From the NCBI RefSeq assembly GCF_009914755.1, contig NC_060934.1: a stretch of DNA of 64,000 bases, one strand, 5' to 3'. Each line of letters starts with the position of its first letter. Within the stretch, counting starts at the first letter, position 1. Made by a program: the position numbers and the translations under genes. Source of the DNA: the human T2T-CHM13v2.0 reference genome, Homo sapiens. The notes beneath the pieces are model-generated. The model had not been told where the DNA came from. It saw only the letters and a list, made by a program, of their open reading frames with translations, and did not search any database. Shown in pieces: positions 13,989 through 31,200 of the stretch.

Positions 13989-15234
13989 GGTAATTAACGC
14001 CAAATTGTGGTATACCTCCTGTGGATACACATTTTTGTCCATGTCATACTGCCAGGTAACTTTCTGATGATTCATATCACTCACCTGCTCCCCATCAATT
14101 ATTGTCGTTTGCTGATTATTCCCATTCAACAAGAGCCCTGCCATGAGGCAAAGCCAACAAGAGTCCTGCTTTCCTGATCTCTGGTGATCCAGCAGACATG
14201 AGCAAATGTTCATAAGGCCTCGCCTCCACAGGAGTCTCCTCACTTCAGCTTTGCCTCCCTTCCACTGGAAAGGGATGCATATAATTTAGACCTTTATTCA
14301 TTAAAAATCATCTTCCTCTGTGGGAATAACTCCCCCTTGCCCAGTGGAAGGATGCATCCTGACTCTGAAACAAGATTTGCAGTCTACACACAAGCACATA
14401 GAGCTATTTGATCTGTGCTTTTAATTCTGCCTGGCAATGTGTGTGTTTTGAAGCTAAGAGTGATAAAAATGTGCTGCATTTGACTGAAAGAAAGCTTTGA
14501 GTTGATTTGGTGTCTTCCTCTCTTTCTTCCTCTCCCATTGAGATTCCCATCCTTTGAATTTTGCCTTCTGACTTGAATGCTATCAGCACATACTGATTTC
14601 AACATCAAGTAATTGTTGGCTAATATGAGTGAAGTGATTGAAGTTGAGTAGAGAAGGTAGAGAGGCATGATGAAAATTCATGCTACGTAGCCCAGGAAAA
14701 CCTGTTCTTGGTGAATGTAAACACCTCCCCCACCCCAGTTTCCTTGAGTGGATCTCTCTCTTGTTCATACCCCGCAACCATCTCTCTTCATTAGCCATCA
14801 ATTGCATATATGTTTTTCCCACCTGTTAATATGCAATGGCACTCCCTGCCCTCCTTTGCTACGCACTAATTTAATTTTAATTCTAGCTAAAAGCATTTTT
14901 TTTCCTTGCCTCTCCTCTTTCCCCTTCTCTCTTTCTTTTACTTTCATGAGATGAGATTATGTAAGCCCCCAGTGCTTTTTCTCTGTGAAGCATTTTGGAG
15001 ATGAGCAACCCAACATACTTTGAACAGAGCTGCTCTGCAATCACCCTGCCAATAAGCAAGTGTGTGCCTGCCCTTCACAATAAGAAGGCAGTTGTTAGAT
15101 ACAAAGACCACCTTGGCATCCCATTAGGTAAGCAAATGGGGCCAAAGTGCTTAGAACATCTTTACCTAAAAGGAATGGAAAATGGGTCATTGCATTTTCT
15201 ACTAGTGCTGGACCTAGAATAAATCAAGAATAAA

Positions 15235-15365
15235 CTTGTTCATTCATTCACAAACACTGATTAATCACTTTCTATGTGCCCGGCCCAGTGTCAGGTGTTG
15301 GTAACACCAAGGTGACCAAGACCTGCCTTTGCTCTCAAGGACTCACAATATGGCAGGCAGGAGGA
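15235..15365 (-). mobile_element. L2 fragment
   Basis: 'ttcattcattcacaaacact…ctatgtgcc…gctctcaagg'. Confidence 0.6.
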
Positions 15366-15555
15366 AGCAGCTGAGTCCTACTGGGTCCAGCTGACAAAGC
15401 CTCTCTACAGCCTCTTCCTACAAAAAGATAATGATCTATTTCTAGTTATGAAGTAAAGGTTTGATGGCAATGATAGCAAAATAAATAAATTCAACCTGCT
15501 TTACTAACTTCCTAACGCGTTGGGATAATAGACCAGTAGAAAATTGGGGGCCAAA

Positions 15556-16034
<479 letters not shown>

Positions 16035-16510
16035 CTACCCCTGCCCCTTCCCTGGGACCTCTGGACCTCCAAGTGATCCATCATGGCTAGGAATCTCAAT
16101 GATCTTGCTCTAATGCAATGAGTAGCATTCTTTCTGAGTGGCAAGTATCTGTGTCCTATTGTTTGTTAACATTTTTTGTAATCATTCTTGTTTGTATTGT
16201 TACTACATAAAAATAGCAGAAGCAGGAAGAAATGTGCATGGGGAATGAAGCCAATTATTTTTTTGGAATTTGGCAGTCAAATGATGGTTATAACAATGGT
16301 ATGATGTCAGAGATATAATGGCTATGAAATAAGAAGTATCTTATGAATATAACTTAGTTTACAATTTCTGTATTTGAGTCAACTGTGTCATTCCACTTTT
16401 TAAATGGTCCGTGCTAAAGGTTGCTGAAGTCATAAGCTAAGCAACCTTATGTCCTTATGTCCTTATCTATATTGAACATAGAAGTTAATAAATCCTATCA
16501 AAAACATATT

Positions 16511-16827
16511 TCTTTTTTTATTATTTATTTTTTTTAATTTTTTTGAGACAGGGTCTCACTCTGTCACCAAGGCTGGAATACTGTGGCTCAACCATGGCTC
16601 TCTACAACCTTGACTTCCTGGGCTCAGGCAATCCTCCTACTTCAGCCTCCCAAGTAGCTGGGACCACAAGTGCATACCACCACACTGGGCTAATTTTTTT
16701 GTGATTTGTAGAGATGGGGTCTTGCCATGTTGCCTGGGCTAGTCTGGAATGCCTGGGCTCAAGCAATCCTCCCACTTCAGCCTCTCAGACTGTTAAGATT
16801 ACAGACATGAGTGACAGAACCTGGCCA
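16511..16827 (-). mobile_element. AluJ
   Basis: Diverged antisense dimer. Confidence 0.9.
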
Positions 16828-17103
16828 AATATGTTTCCTATAAGACATATTGTTACTCTTGGGCTTCCGGGACAGCAGATTTGGTTCAATTATCTTTCTA
16901 GAAACCCCTCTATGTTAATCTCTATGAATTTTCTACATATAATTTTTTTCTTTACCTTTGTGTATATCCACACACTACTAGACAATTTAGAAACACTATA
17001 ACTAGAAGATGGGCTTTCACAAATGCATTGTGTATTTTCTTTATAATTCACATTAAATCATATACACGTAAATTTTGAAGGCTACCTAAATTCAAGTCTC
17101 TAG

Positions 17104-17452
<349 letters not shown>

Positions 17453-19882
17453 TAAACAAGGATTTCAGTACCTGCCATATGTCAGGAAATGTCTCGAACG
17501 TTTTGTACACATTATTGAATACTCACTTCCAACCCGTTGAGATGGTGTTATTTTCCCTCATATCATTTGGGAGGGCTTTGAAGATGTGAGATGTTAAATG
17601 GTACACGACCTTTCCACTTAACCTCTGAGGCCGGGCATCAGCCCCTTCTCCTTGAAACTCTTCCCCCATTTCCTTGGTATCATGCCTGGTTCTTCTCCAC
17701 TCAATCATTCATGTGCATTCTGAAATGTTGGTGGCTCCAAAGTTTTCTCCTTAGACCTATTCTCTTTATGGATCCATCTTCCCTCTATATGCTTGTAATT
17801 CAAAATCTATGGGAATGGAGAGGAATATCCTTCACATGTAGGTATATATATATATCTCACACCTTTGCTCCACTCAACATTTTCAAATCCCCCATTTGTT
17901 ACAGAAAAGGTCTGAACTTTTCAGGAAACTAGGGAGTTTGTCACCACCTCTCCCAAATAAAGCAGGGGCTCAGGGAGACTGAAGTCTGGCTTGAGAGCCT
18001 GGATTAGGCAAAGTGGCAGGGACCGGCCAGCAATTGTAGAAGGACAGCAGAGATTCAGCCACAGGGAAGTGGCAGTCCAACCCTAGGGACACCACCCAGG
18101 GAGCTCAGCTGGGAGGTGGAGCACAGGCCTGGTAAGAGGACAGATGCCCAGGAGAGGGAAGGTTTCAAGGAGAAGCAGGAGATGGAGAATGGACAAGTTC
18201 ATCAGCGTCAGAGGCAGTAGCAATCTGGTGCTTTATCGGGTACCTGTAGCCTTGGAAATGGGTAGAGAAAGGGCCTTCGAAGTCTCCACTCAGAAGACAC
18301 AAAGCAAGGCACAAATATCTACAGGGCACCCTGGATGTGCCCACAGGATCCAAGTCGCTGAGGTATTGCCAAAATCTCACAATAGGCATTTTTATCATCA
18401 ATTTTACAGGTCAGAAAATGAGGCTCTAACAGCAGGGCACACAACCCCTTCACCATCTGCCGGATGCTATCCATGCACTCTCACCTCCTGTGATTCCTTG
18501 CCCATTGTATGATTTTATATAGGATGTATGTGACATCATGCAATGTCATGAGACATCATGAAACATCATGTGACACTCTCGCCCCAGGGGACACATCCTG
18601 AAACACACTGAGCACGTACATCACATTGCTCCACCTTCTGCCCCTAACCCCTTCTCTACCCCTGCCATACCCCCTTCACCTAGTGAGATCCTATTTCTCC
18701 TTTAAGCGACATCTCAGAGGCCTTTTCCCCTGTCCTTCGATGATCACTCCAGCCTCACCCACTTCTCACTTGGGGTGAAATTAACTGCATGTTTCCTTGC
18801 ACTGCACCTGGTGGTTGCTTCCACTTTCTTCTCTCCAGCACTTCTCACCATGCGGTCTTTCTGATTTAGAGTTAGAGGTGTACGTGTGCACATGTGTGTG
18901 TGTGCCTGCTTGTGTCTGTGCATGTGTGTTTCACCCACAACATTACAGCTGCTTGTATCTTTGGCTCCTCTGATGCCTGGCGTAGTGACTGAATTCAATA
19001 AAGGTCGATAGCCTAAAAAATCTCGTTTCCCTTTAGGCATCCGAAAATGTGTATTTGCTCTAACAGGCTATGTTGCCACAAAGAAAGATTCATGAGAAAG
19101 GCAGGGTTTGAGTGACTGGTTTTGATTAGGATCAATAATATATGACAAAACTCTAATAAAGATGGAGACATTATAAGAAATAGAAAAACATTTTTATTTT
19201 AAAAAAAAAGCTGCTACAAACAAAAAAGTTTTTTTTTTGTTGTTTTGTTTTTGCTAGAAAGTCCCAGCTTTCTTAATTCTCTGAATATGCTTCTTCTCTG
19301 TCATGCAATCGTGGTTATTCAATACATGTGCATCATTTCTATACATGTTCTGGTGACAGTCTCCAAGTTGTTGAGCACAGGTTTTCTAAGTAAAGCGCAC
19401 TGTTCTGCTATTAAGGGAAACTGTCAGGCAATTTAAGCAGAAAATTTGATCTAGTAAAATGCTGACCCTTCCAAAGCTGTAATCTCATGGTGACTGCTTC
19501 TTAAAGTCTGACTACTGTCAAAAATTCATCATATGCCCTAAGAGATTTAAGAGAAACAGAAGCACTGAGCTACGCTTGCATCCTGAATTGGAAATCTGGC
19601 TCTAAGACATGGATTTGAAAAGTTAGTGTACAATAAGCAACTCAAAGCTAACGTTTGAATCACTATTACCATCCAGGACTTTGTAACATGGAAGAGACCT
19701 TGAAAAATTATATAATCCAATGCAGTCATTTATAGATGAGGGAAACTGAGTCCAGATGGGTAAAGAGAAGTACTTAAAGCCAGATAGTATTTCAATGGGT
19801 AGAATGAAAACGCAAGCTTTTTAGAATATCTGAACTTGGATCTTCCCACTACATTTGGCTGCCTACATTTGTTCACATACTA

Positions 19883-21032
<1,150 letters not shown>

Positions 21033-22599
21033 TTACATTGAAAAATGGAGCAAAATGTTGAATATATGCAACTTTTCCACTGAGCTAGTACAAAGGGGAT
21101 GGGAGGTTTTAAGAGTTAGAATAAAATGCTCAAACCAAGGAGACGCTAACATGTGGGGCAGTGCACATGACGGGAAGGAATGCTGTCTACACGCTCCTGA
21201 GGATGGGTCGGTGTCCTCCAGATTCCTCCCCACCTGTGGGTTGACCTTCAAAACTTTTTCCTTGAAGTTTCATTTTTCTTTTTGACAGGAGGTTGTGTTA
21301 AAATGCAAATCAGTGTCACTCTTGGGAGCTGCAGCAGTCACATTACCTGAGCCTTTAGGAACCCCTTGGAGAACTGGTTCTGAGGCAAGAAAGAGGAGAG
21401 GGGAGTGGAGGAGAGAGGAGGGGACCGAAAAAGGAATCTACGCATCCGAAGAATTCTTGCTTGTTTCTCTCACTCCTGTTTGCTGCTGTTGTTTAAATCT
21501 ACAGTGTGGTCAGGTGAATCTTTCAAGCAGTGCAAGTAATTATCTTTGCTCTGCATCGTATGCAGGTTTCATTATACAAACTGAAAATTGGAAAACCCTG
21601 ATGAGTTTCTGCTTGAAACCACCTCACTGACAATAGGGTGTCTTAGCAGCCCTTTTCTACCTACTGTCTGTGGCACTATTCTATGTGTGATCATTGTCTC
21701 AGCACAATTTGTGTCACTCAGAAGGGTGATCTCATGCTGGGGTGCCATCTGGGAGTTTGTTCTGGTAGAGATGGGATAGTCGTCCAGGAGCTGGCAAGAG
21801 ACACGGTGATTTCCCAAGCCTTGGGCCAAATAGGGAGTAGCTTTGGAAGCGGAAACACCTAGATGCCTTCCTATGATGCTTGGTTCTGGGGCAGGTGATG
21901 AAGAGCAGCAGAGGAGAGGGTGAAACCGCAGAGAAGGACTTGGGGTCAAGAGGAGTTTTGGAGGCAGCAAGGATTGGATTTAGGCAAAGACGTGGAAAGA
22001 AACTCTCAGCTGAGAGGTCCTTAGAAACCATCTACTGCTGCTTCTTCATTTGACTGATGCCTGGTGGAACTGTGGGTGGTTGATTAGATTGTGGTGGGAG
22101 CAAAAATAAAGGAAGCCAAAGTCATTTCAAGGTTTTCTGGGTGACTTGGAGAATGGCATTACCATGAGCTTACATAGAAACAGAATGGCAGAACAAACAC
22201 AGGCAGGTGAGGACACATGCGGAGGCATCAATAATACCCACAAGGAAGGTGACAGCACACAGCAGAATCGCTAAGTAAGCAAGAAAGCCCCAGGAACCTC
22301 GAATTCTATTCCTAACTCTGCTGCTGATTTACTGAATCACTTTGGAAGAGTCACTTAATTAACCTCCCCCAGATCAAACTCATCTTTCTCTTCTCCATAT
22401 CAAGATAATGTATACAATTAACTAATACAGATTTTTAAAACGAGTTCTATTTATAGGTCATTAAGAGACTCAGTGTCTCAGAACCACGTCTGAGCGCTGC
22501 TCTTTAAGAGGGCTGTGGACAATGACCAGTGACCGCATATGTCCAGAAGATAGACCCAGGCTGGGGGTGAATGGGCGATAATCACACATCTATTGTTAC

Positions 22600-22860
22600 G
22601 GTGCCAGGCTCTGTTTTACATACACAAATGATTTAAAAATCATGACAAGGTGATTTCGCAGATATTATTACTAGTTTAGTATAACTAGTTTAGTAATACT
22701 ATCTGCAAAAATTATATTGACTGTTACTGGATATAGAAACCGAGGCACAGAGAGGTTAAGCAACATGTCCTGTGTCACACAACTGATGGCTGGCAGAATT
22801 AGGATTTGAACTTGTGCTGCCTAGACCCAGAAGACAGGATCTTAATTTCTCACTATGCTG
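22600..22860 (-). mobile_element. MIR
   Basis: 'gaaaccgaggcacagagaggttaagcaacatgtcc…ggatttgaac'. Confidence 0.7.
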
Positions 22861-23094
22861 CCTGAGAGAGAGAGAAACTGACCAAAAACACTGGGGGCAT
22901 GTTCACCTTCTTTATAAGCAAGGATGTAAATCTCTGATCCAGGGTTGCAACCATTTCCATTTAGAGTAACGTGCTTATTTTGTTCTGAAATGATGATAAT
23001 TAGGACCAGCGGATCACAGGCACTTGAAGGCAGATTCCAGATGAAGCTTAAAACATTTTCCTAACAATATCACCTAGAAATGAAAGAATCATTG

Positions 23095-23290
23095 CAAACG
23101 GCTTAGTGGTTAAAAGCTCTGCCCTTCGCTGGCTGTGTGACCTTGAAGAAATTACTTAACATCTCTGTGGCTCAATTTCCTCATCTCTTAATGAGGAGAG
23201 TAAAAGGACTCTTAGAGTCATTGTAAGGATTAAGAAAGTTGATACATGGGAAATACTTAAAAGGTGGCTCATAGTAAGTTACAACAAACA
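23095..23290 (+). mobile_element. MIR
   Basis: 'ctggctgtgtgaccttgaagaaattacttaacatctctgtggctcaatttcctcatct'. Confidence 0.7.
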
Positions 23291-24416
23291 TCTGCTCCTG
23301 TCTTCGTCATCATTTCTCTACTGCACTGAATGTGGCAGCTAGATTATGTGACAGGAATGTTACAGGGAAAAAGTGATTCCTACAAGACGTGGAAAATAGC
23401 CAGGATGTCCTTTTTCTCCTAACAGTTGTGTGAGTTCAGAAACATTAAAATAGGATATGATGTGATATAGTCTGATACAATATAATTCAACACAACACAA
23501 CACAACACAACATGACTTAATGCACTACACAGCAAAATAATATCTAGCATTTTGATCCCCTCTCTGTTCATCTTACAACTGTTGATCCCCATCCTGGCTA
23601 TTATCGATAACCAACACGTGAAGGGAAAACTGATGCCTATTAGAAGAGACATCTGATGCCTATAGAATCATGAATCTAGAGATTTGCCCTCCCAGAACTG
23701 CCTGACTTTTTACTTTCAGAATCCTTACTTATGACACTAATGACTCAACACGGCACTAAGTTCCATGGAATCTAGTTCTCAGCTCTTGCTCCACCTGTGC
23801 CAGACTTTCTCCAAGGCTAGCTGTCAGCTTGGGGGACAGGGACAACCATGAATTAAGTACCTTTGTCTCACCAAGAGCACACAGCACTCACCAGGCACAT
23901 GAGTCAACTGATGGACTGAAAATAAATATGCAGTTCTGCACGTAATCAGTTGAGGCAAATGACAGAGCAATAACTAAATGTAATGCTTAATTACAGCAAA
24001 TATCATCATCTATTTGCTTCATTTCCTCCTCACATTTGCAATTTTCTATTTTTGTTTTAATAAATGTAGATATGCATGTCTTTAAGTTGCTTCAACTCCT
24101 TTTTGGATGCAAGGTATAAATTAGAAATAAACAAACAAATGCCAGACAGGTAGGTTCATTGAAAGATGGCCTGGATCTTGCAGATTTGGTAGCCTAGGGC
24201 ATATTATCTTTTCGAAAAGGAACACATTTTCCTTTTCTTATGCCAACCTGCAGTAGAAGGAAAGCTGATGAGTCAGATCAGGTGAGAGTCTAAAGGTCAG
24301 GGAGGGGGTCAGACAGTTCAGAGCCAACCCTGATGGTCATTATATTCCTAAGAGTGGGAGAGTTGCCTCCAGATGCTGGGGCCAAATGGTATCTGCAGGC
24401 CAGAGATACTGGTAAT

Positions 24417-24896
24417 CAGTGGTCCCTGACCATTTTGGCATCAGGGACTGGTTTTGTGGAAGATACTTTTTCCGTGGACTGGGGAGAGGGGAATGGTTTC
24501 AGGATGATTCAAGCACATTACCTTTCTTGTGGGCTTTATTTGTATTATTATAATATGTAATGAAATAATTATACAACTCGCCATAATGTAGAATCAGTGT
24601 GAGCTCTGAGCTTGTTTTCCTGCAACTAGATTGTCTTATCTGGGGGTGATGGGAAACAGTGGTGGTTCATAAGGCATTAGATTCTCATAAGGAACGTGCG
24701 ACCTAGATCCCTGGCATGTGCAGTTCACAACAGGGTCTGCACTCTTATGAGAATCGAATGCCGCTGCTGATCTGACAGGAGGTGGAGCTCAGGTGGTAAT
24801 GTTCCCTTGCCCGCCACTCACCTCCTGCTGTGTGGCCTGTTTCCTAACAGGCCACGGACTGGTACTGGTCCACAGCCCAGGGGTTAGGGACCCCTG
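24417..24896 (+). mobile_element. MER1A-like hAT-Charlie element
   Basis: TIRs cagtggtccc…gggacccctg with MER1-type internal sequence. Confidence 0.85.
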
Positions 24897-24899
24897 CTG

Positions 24900-25070
24900 T
24901 AGAGTGCTGTTGGGTCAGTGGGCCCTGGTACCACACACTGCCTAGATTCAAATCACAGATCTTCCACTTACTATGTGATCTTGGGACAGTCACTTAATGT
25001 TTCTGTGCCTCTATTTCCTTGTCTATAAAGGAGTAGATTATATAAACAATTCCTACCTCAAGGTGTTCTA
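24900..25070 (+). mobile_element. MIR
   Basis: 'ccacttactatgtgatcttgggacagtcacttaatgtttctgtgcctctatttcc'. Confidence 0.65.
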
Positions 25071-25558
25071 GGATAATTCAATTCCAGTAATATTCTTAGA
25101 TCTCTGTCTGGGACGATAAACTCAGTAATATTGGCCGTTCTCATTCCCTTAAGAGGAAAACCCTCCATTAATGTGTATTGTGCAATTTGTACAATGTCAC
25201 GAGGTGTTGGAGAAAATTCAGACCCACCACCAAGCATTTGATGTGCATCCACCCCCTCTTACTATTCTGGAGTCCACAAGAGGTAGTCTGATGTTGAAAG
25301 GAAATAAAAGTGTTTTAATTATCCCCCTTTAGTTTCCAGGTTAATGAGCTCTATGGAGTTTATATGTCGTGACTGTTTTAATCTTTTTTATAGAAACTAT
25401 CATTGCATCTTTCAACATGGTTGACTAAAACAGGGCCACCATCATCTCAACCAGGAACTTGCCTTTGCAAACAGTGAATGAACAGAGAAGACATTCTCAA
25501 AGGGATTAAGAATCAAGAGAAAAACCCTTTTGGTTGTTGTTTAAGAAACAATGAGAAT

Positions 25559-25855
25559 GGCCGGGTGCGCTGGCTCACGCCTGTAATCCCAGCACTTTGG
25601 GAGGCTGAGGTGGGTGGACCACAAGGTCAGGAGTTCGAGACCAGCCTGGCCAACATGGTGAAACCCTGTTTCTACTAAAAATACAAAAAATTAGCCAGGC
25701 ATGGTGGCATGTGCCTGTAATCCCAGCTACTCAGGAGGCTGAGCAGGAGAATCCCTTGAACCCAGGAGGTGGAGGTTGCAGTAAGCCGAGATTGCGCCAC
25801 TGCACTCCAGCCTAGGTGACAGAGCGAGACTCTGTCTCAAAAAAAAAAAAAAGAA
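25559..25855 (+). mobile_element. AluSg-like
   Basis: Full dimer, TSD aagaaacaatgagaat. Confidence 0.95.
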
Positions 25856-26411
25856 AAGAAACAATGAGAATAATCTCCTCCACCCTGTTTCCAGGAGGAC
25901 TTACACACCTAGAAACATTTAGCTTTAAGATCTTGGGCAAGACCGTCTAGTGTTAATGTGATTTGTAGGATATTAGGGGTTTACGCTAGGATTTTACTTC
26001 CTGCATACATACCCAGACAAATATGGATGCTCACACACTTGTAATTAGAAATGAGCTATAATATGCACATCACTGAAAACAAACCTAATTTACACACCAG
26101 AGCACAGAAATAACAAAATATTGATAAGGATGTTTCTAGGAACCCATAAACATCATGAATGAGCCAGATCCAAGTTCTTAAAACTTTCTGGGCTGTACCT
26201 ATTTACAGTCCAAATACATACTTTCATAGACCATTGTTTTTATAGAAAACCCATGCTATGTAAGTATTTCCATGAAAAATAAGTTTTAAGATTCATCAGG
26301 CAACCATATGTCTCCTTTAATATGCCTAATATTTAAATATTAGTTATAATGGAGACACAGAAATACGTAGTAAGATTGATGAAAACGTCTTTTAAATACT
26401 CCCTGCTCATC

Positions 26412-27306
<895 letters not shown>

Positions 27307-28221
27307 GGTCCTAGTCTACAGTATTGATCCTAAAAGGAAGGAGACAAAAGAGCTTGGACAGAGAAGTGCATATTTCATATGTGGACTCCATTGGTAAAAC
27401 AAATCAGAGCCTGTGAACTGCTGATAAGTAGTATCGGCTTCATTCTCAGAGGATAATTAGATCGTTATTTCCATTTATAATGCAAAGCTGAAATAGAGAT
27501 AATGTTATTATTTCATCTGTAAATTGCTTAATTTTTTGCATATTAATTGGGCTGAACTGTTCTAGATTACATTCCTGTCCAGCCAATGGATCTGCTTGTA
27601 CTTCTTCTACCCTCTCCCAGCCTCCCCCAATCCTGCCTCTATCTCATCAGCAGTTCCTAAAGATTTCACTCAGAATGGAGTATTTTCTTTATTAATTAAA
27701 GACCTAGAGGCTCTGCCAGTGATTTATTTTTTCGTTTCTCTGTGCATATTCACTTTCATATTTCTCCCTTCTCTCACCCTTCAGAGAGCCTGCTGCACTC
27801 AATCCCAGGAGGTTTCCTAGGAAACACGCTTACAGCCAGGAACCCCAAACCACACATTTCCATTTTCCTCCCGCTCCTCTCCCAATGAGCATTAGCTAAT
27901 GAAACAAGGTGAAAACACATCAGCGCTTTTAGAAATTACTCCACCAAGGCAGGTTATCAATTTCATATTCATTCATGGAAAGATGAAGGAATTTGCAGAC
28001 TCTGGGCTTTTTCTGGAGAAATCTCAGTTTAGCATCATATCTAATAACCTAAGCATTGGATTTGTCACACGCCTAGGAATTTTACATGTGCTCAGAGTCT
28101 AAGATTGAGGTTATTAAAATTCCTTGACTTCTTGATTCCAAGCTCCAAAAGGAAGTTGCAGTAGTTCCTATTTACTGATCCCTCCTGAGTCTGGTAGGGT
28201 ATCTGTCCACTGCAGGGACAG

Positions 28222-28730
28222 CAACCCCACTTCTGGCTATCTACCCAAAGGAAAATAAACCATTATATCAGAAAGTCACATGCACTCATATGTTCATCGC
28301 AACAGTGGTTACAATGGCAAAGTCATGTAAGCAACCTAAGGGTCCACCAATGGCTGATTCGATAAGGAAAATGTGGTACATGTACACCATGAAATACTAT
28401 GCAGACATGAAAAAATGAAATCATGTTCTTTGCAGCAACACTGATGGAGCTGGAGGCCATTATCTTAAGTGAACTAACAGGAAGCACAAAAGCATGTTCT
28501 CACTTTTAAGTGGGAGCTAAATAAAGGGTACATATGAACAAAAAGATGAAAATAGATTCTAGTGATTCCTAAGGGACCAGGACAGGAGAGGAGAGGGTTA
28601 AAAAATTACCTACTAGGTGCAATGTCTAATATTTGAGTGATGGGTACACTGGGAGTCCAATCCCCCCTTTACACATGTAATACCCATGTGATAAGCAAGG
28701 ACATGTACCCTCTAAATAAAAAATAAAATT
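28222..28730 (+). mobile_element. Old L1PA/L1PB 3' end
   Basis: 'aaatgtggtacatgtacaccatgaaatactatgcag…ggagctggaggccattatcttaagtgaac…aaataaaaaataaa'. Confidence 0.85.
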
Positions 28731-29094
28731 CATATATATATATGAAAAAACAGAACCTTCTGCGATGAGAGCAGCCCTTCCTTCCTGCAGCCCTTTCTGC
28801 CTTCCTCCCTCCCTCCCTTCCCCAGGGAACATTTCTTGGAAATGCTGTAGACTAAGTTTTGGAGATGTTTAACTAATTTATTTTCTCCCTTTTTCTCTCC
28901 TTTGTTTTTAAAGGGCAGCAGGCCCCTGTTCCCTTCACTTAAGATGAGTTCCCACTTCAGCCCAAAGGCAGAAACTGCTTGCAGGACACTTTCTACCCCA
29001 GGTTCTAGTTTCTGAGAACCAAGCTCATTCAAAAGATGTTGCCAGGCTTCCTGGGGGAGAAGACAGAGAGGGGAGGGGACGTCACACAGCATGA

Positions 29095-29503
<409 letters not shown>

Positions 29504-29676
29504 ATGTTTGTGTAGTTCTATTGGAAAAGTCTAAAGACAGTTACTCCATAAGTAGAAAATTAAAATTAAATATCTGACCAGCATGTTGGTTGCATTGACC
29601 AAGAGGACAATGGGGAACCAATAATGTCCTCATTCTGACCTCCATTGTGAAGCCTGTGCATTAAGAATAGAGAGAA

Positions 29677-29932
29677 GCCGGGCGCGGTGGCTCGCTTGAG
29701 GCCGGGAGTTCAAAACAAGCCTGGGCAACATAGCGAGACCCTGTCTCTACAAACAAAATTTTTAAAATTAGCTGGGCATGGTGGTATGTGTCTTTAGTCC
29801 CACCTACTCAGGAGGCTGAGGAGGGAGGATCGCTTGAGCCTAGGAGGTTGAGGCTGCTGTGAGCTATGATTGCACCACTGCACTCCAGCCTAAATGACAG
29901 AGCAACACCTTGCCTCTGAGAAGAAAAAAAAA
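29677..29932 (+). mobile_element. AluJ with a left-arm deletion
   Basis: 'gcggtggctc|gcttgagg' lacks roughly 45 bp of consensus. Confidence 0.9.
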
Positions 29933-30479
29933 ATGCAGAGAAGAGAGACTCCTTCAGCTGGGAAGAGGGGGAACCCAGGCATCCTAGAGCAGTAGAAATC
30001 TTTACCTTAGTCTCTGGCAGAGCCCCAGGAAGGAGGCAAGATCCCAGGCGGCTCCTGGGAATGCTGGATCCTGAGCACTAGTGCCCCAGGCCTCGGCAGA
30101 GACTCGTGGACTCCACACAAGGCAGGGAAGCTGAGAGCTGCCCTACTGCCCTACTGTGGTCTTTCCAATGAGCTGTCAGCAGGGACAACAATGTATTGCA
30201 GTGCAGAGGGCTTTTCCCATTTTCCATGAAAATGAAGAGTGACAAGATGGAAATCCCTGCTCATCCAGAGAAGTGAGGGCTTAGATTCAAACGAATTCAA
30301 TTTAATAGAATAAAGACATTGACATTCTTGCACACCCAGGTTTGCAGATATATTAAGGTTCACACTTGCTCCACATGGATGCTAACTTTTGTGTTGCCTT
30401 CTGCATGATTTTTCTGATGAAGCCAGGATACAGGGATGGTCTACACCAAATGATGCGTGTACTCCCCTTCTGTACTCAC

Positions 30480-30488
30480 AGCAGACAT
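30480..30488 (-). CDS. Candidate micro first exon MSA (phase 0)
   Basis: TTAATA-ATG-TCT-GCT|GTGAGT on the minus strand; A at -3; downstream of a repeat-free, GC-richer region (30550-31200). Confidence 0.3.
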
Positions 30489-31200
30489 TATTAATCAATA
30501 TTTCATTCTTTTCTGACTACACATGCACAGATGGAGCCACAGGAACCTCCACACAGGGCTCCAGGCAACCGCAGCAACCAATCAGAACTGGTATAAAATT
30601 GGAATAATTTGCCTTTCCTGCTGTAAGATGAGGCTACACCAGTGTGTAGAGTATGGAGTCATATACAGACGGTCACTCCTAGCATGAGTTATCTGAGAGG
30701 AGTGAAGGGTCAGGCGAAAAGGAAACCGAGCTTAGGAGGCTTGTCTCCATGCGCCTGCTCCCCTCCCGTCTCCAGCTCTGCTCTGCATCACAGGAAGTGC
30801 ATTCCCTAGGTTCTCTGGCCAATCGCCTTTGGCACTGGGAAGCACTGGCAGAAAGTCGGAGGGCAGAATAAGACAGAACCTTCTCTTTCCTTCTCATAGC
30901 ACGGCCTCCCCTCCCAGACATTATTAATCAATCAATCGTTCTTTCCTAACTACTCAGGCACCGATGGAGCAGTCCCTGCTGTAATTCTCACTCCTGGCAG
31001 ATGGCTCCGCCTCTGCCCTCCAGTAACCTCCTTTCCTGGCTGTGTCCCAACGGCCATGACGGGGTCGCGGCTTCCTGCTGTCACCTCGCCATCCCCTGCT
31101 TGGCCTCTTAGCTCTTCCAGCGCCTGAGGGACCCATTCCCTGTCTTAAACCATCTGTGTTTGAAATACTTGACTGGAAAGTATCTGGCAGTGACGCCCGA
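30489..31200 (-). promoter_or_regulatory. Candidate alternative promoter/enhancer
   Basis: Repeat-free, raised GC and CpG, CCAAT motifs near 30578 and 30819, duplicated 18-mer CAGACATTATTAATCAAT. Confidence 0.35.

Noticed and set aside
30577-30598. CCAAT plus TATAAAA as a plus-strand core promoter
   Set aside because: Spacing is too tight and no downstream plus-strand exon is evident.
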